A stretch of 64,000 nucleotides of DNA from Saccostrea cucullata. Lineage: Eukaryota. The DNA lies in NCBI RefSeq assembly GCF_032062105.1, contig NW_026933448.1, positions 496,001 to 560,000 of the forward strand, read 5' to 3'. The stretch's first letter is position 1. Every line of letters starts with the position of its first letter. Positions 63,615 through 64,000 of this stretch are shown here, one piece after another. The translations under genes and the position numbers were made by a program. The notes under the pieces were generated by a model. That model saw only the letters and a list, made by a program, of their open reading frames with translations, was not told the origin of the DNA and made no database searches.

Positions 63615-64000
63615 TTTAAAAAATATCCTAACTTTATATTTTGAGAACCTTATGTAATTGAAATCCTGGATCTACTGAAATTGTAGAAGAATCATCTTTA
63701 CACTGCATACTAAAGAGTTGTTATTCCGTTGGGGGGAGGGAGGGTCTGCAAGTGGAGTGATCTGCCCTCGGATCTAAATTGATTTCAAGCTGTTATAAAA
63801 TCTGTTATCAAATCACGCATTGTGAACATCTTAAAAGATGGATATAATTGAAATTTAAAACACATTTTGTTGGAGTGTATTTTCTCCTCTGAAGTGAACA
63901 GTAGTAATGTGTGTTCATTATTTTTGTTCTTAAAATAGGAGGGGGTGACACCCTCATATAATACATGATATATTGAGAATGAAATAAGTAAATTCAATAG

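Overview
AT-rich, intron- and repeat-rich animal genomic DNA. It is most likely an oyster-like bivalve, inferred from the Helentron/HINE-borne ~166-bp satellite, tRNA-headed SINEs and Penelope-like relics. Host genes: (i) a + strand tandem cluster of Toll-like receptors, each started by an 18-nt coding first exon that the ORF track misses. TLR-A and TLR-C are intact (849 aa each), TLR-B has one homopolymer frameshift, and a fourth promoter copy has no coding exon. (ii) An NHL-repeat pseudogene broken up by nested transposons. (iii) The 5' part of a multi-exon hillarin/KY-like pseudo-transglutaminase gene. The most notable mobile elements are: an apparently intact Ngaro/DIRS-type tyrosine-recombinase retrotransposon (gag, RT-RNaseH, YR, SGNH hydrolase, structured 3' end) in intron 1 of TLR-A; a 1.8-kb LTR element whose Gag has an N-terminal helix-hairpin-helix domain; and a 2.3-kb TIR element carrying a HIRAN-like gene. 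There are also many MITEs and mariner, Gypsy and Penelope relics. All family calls come from motif recognition by eye; no database searches were run.
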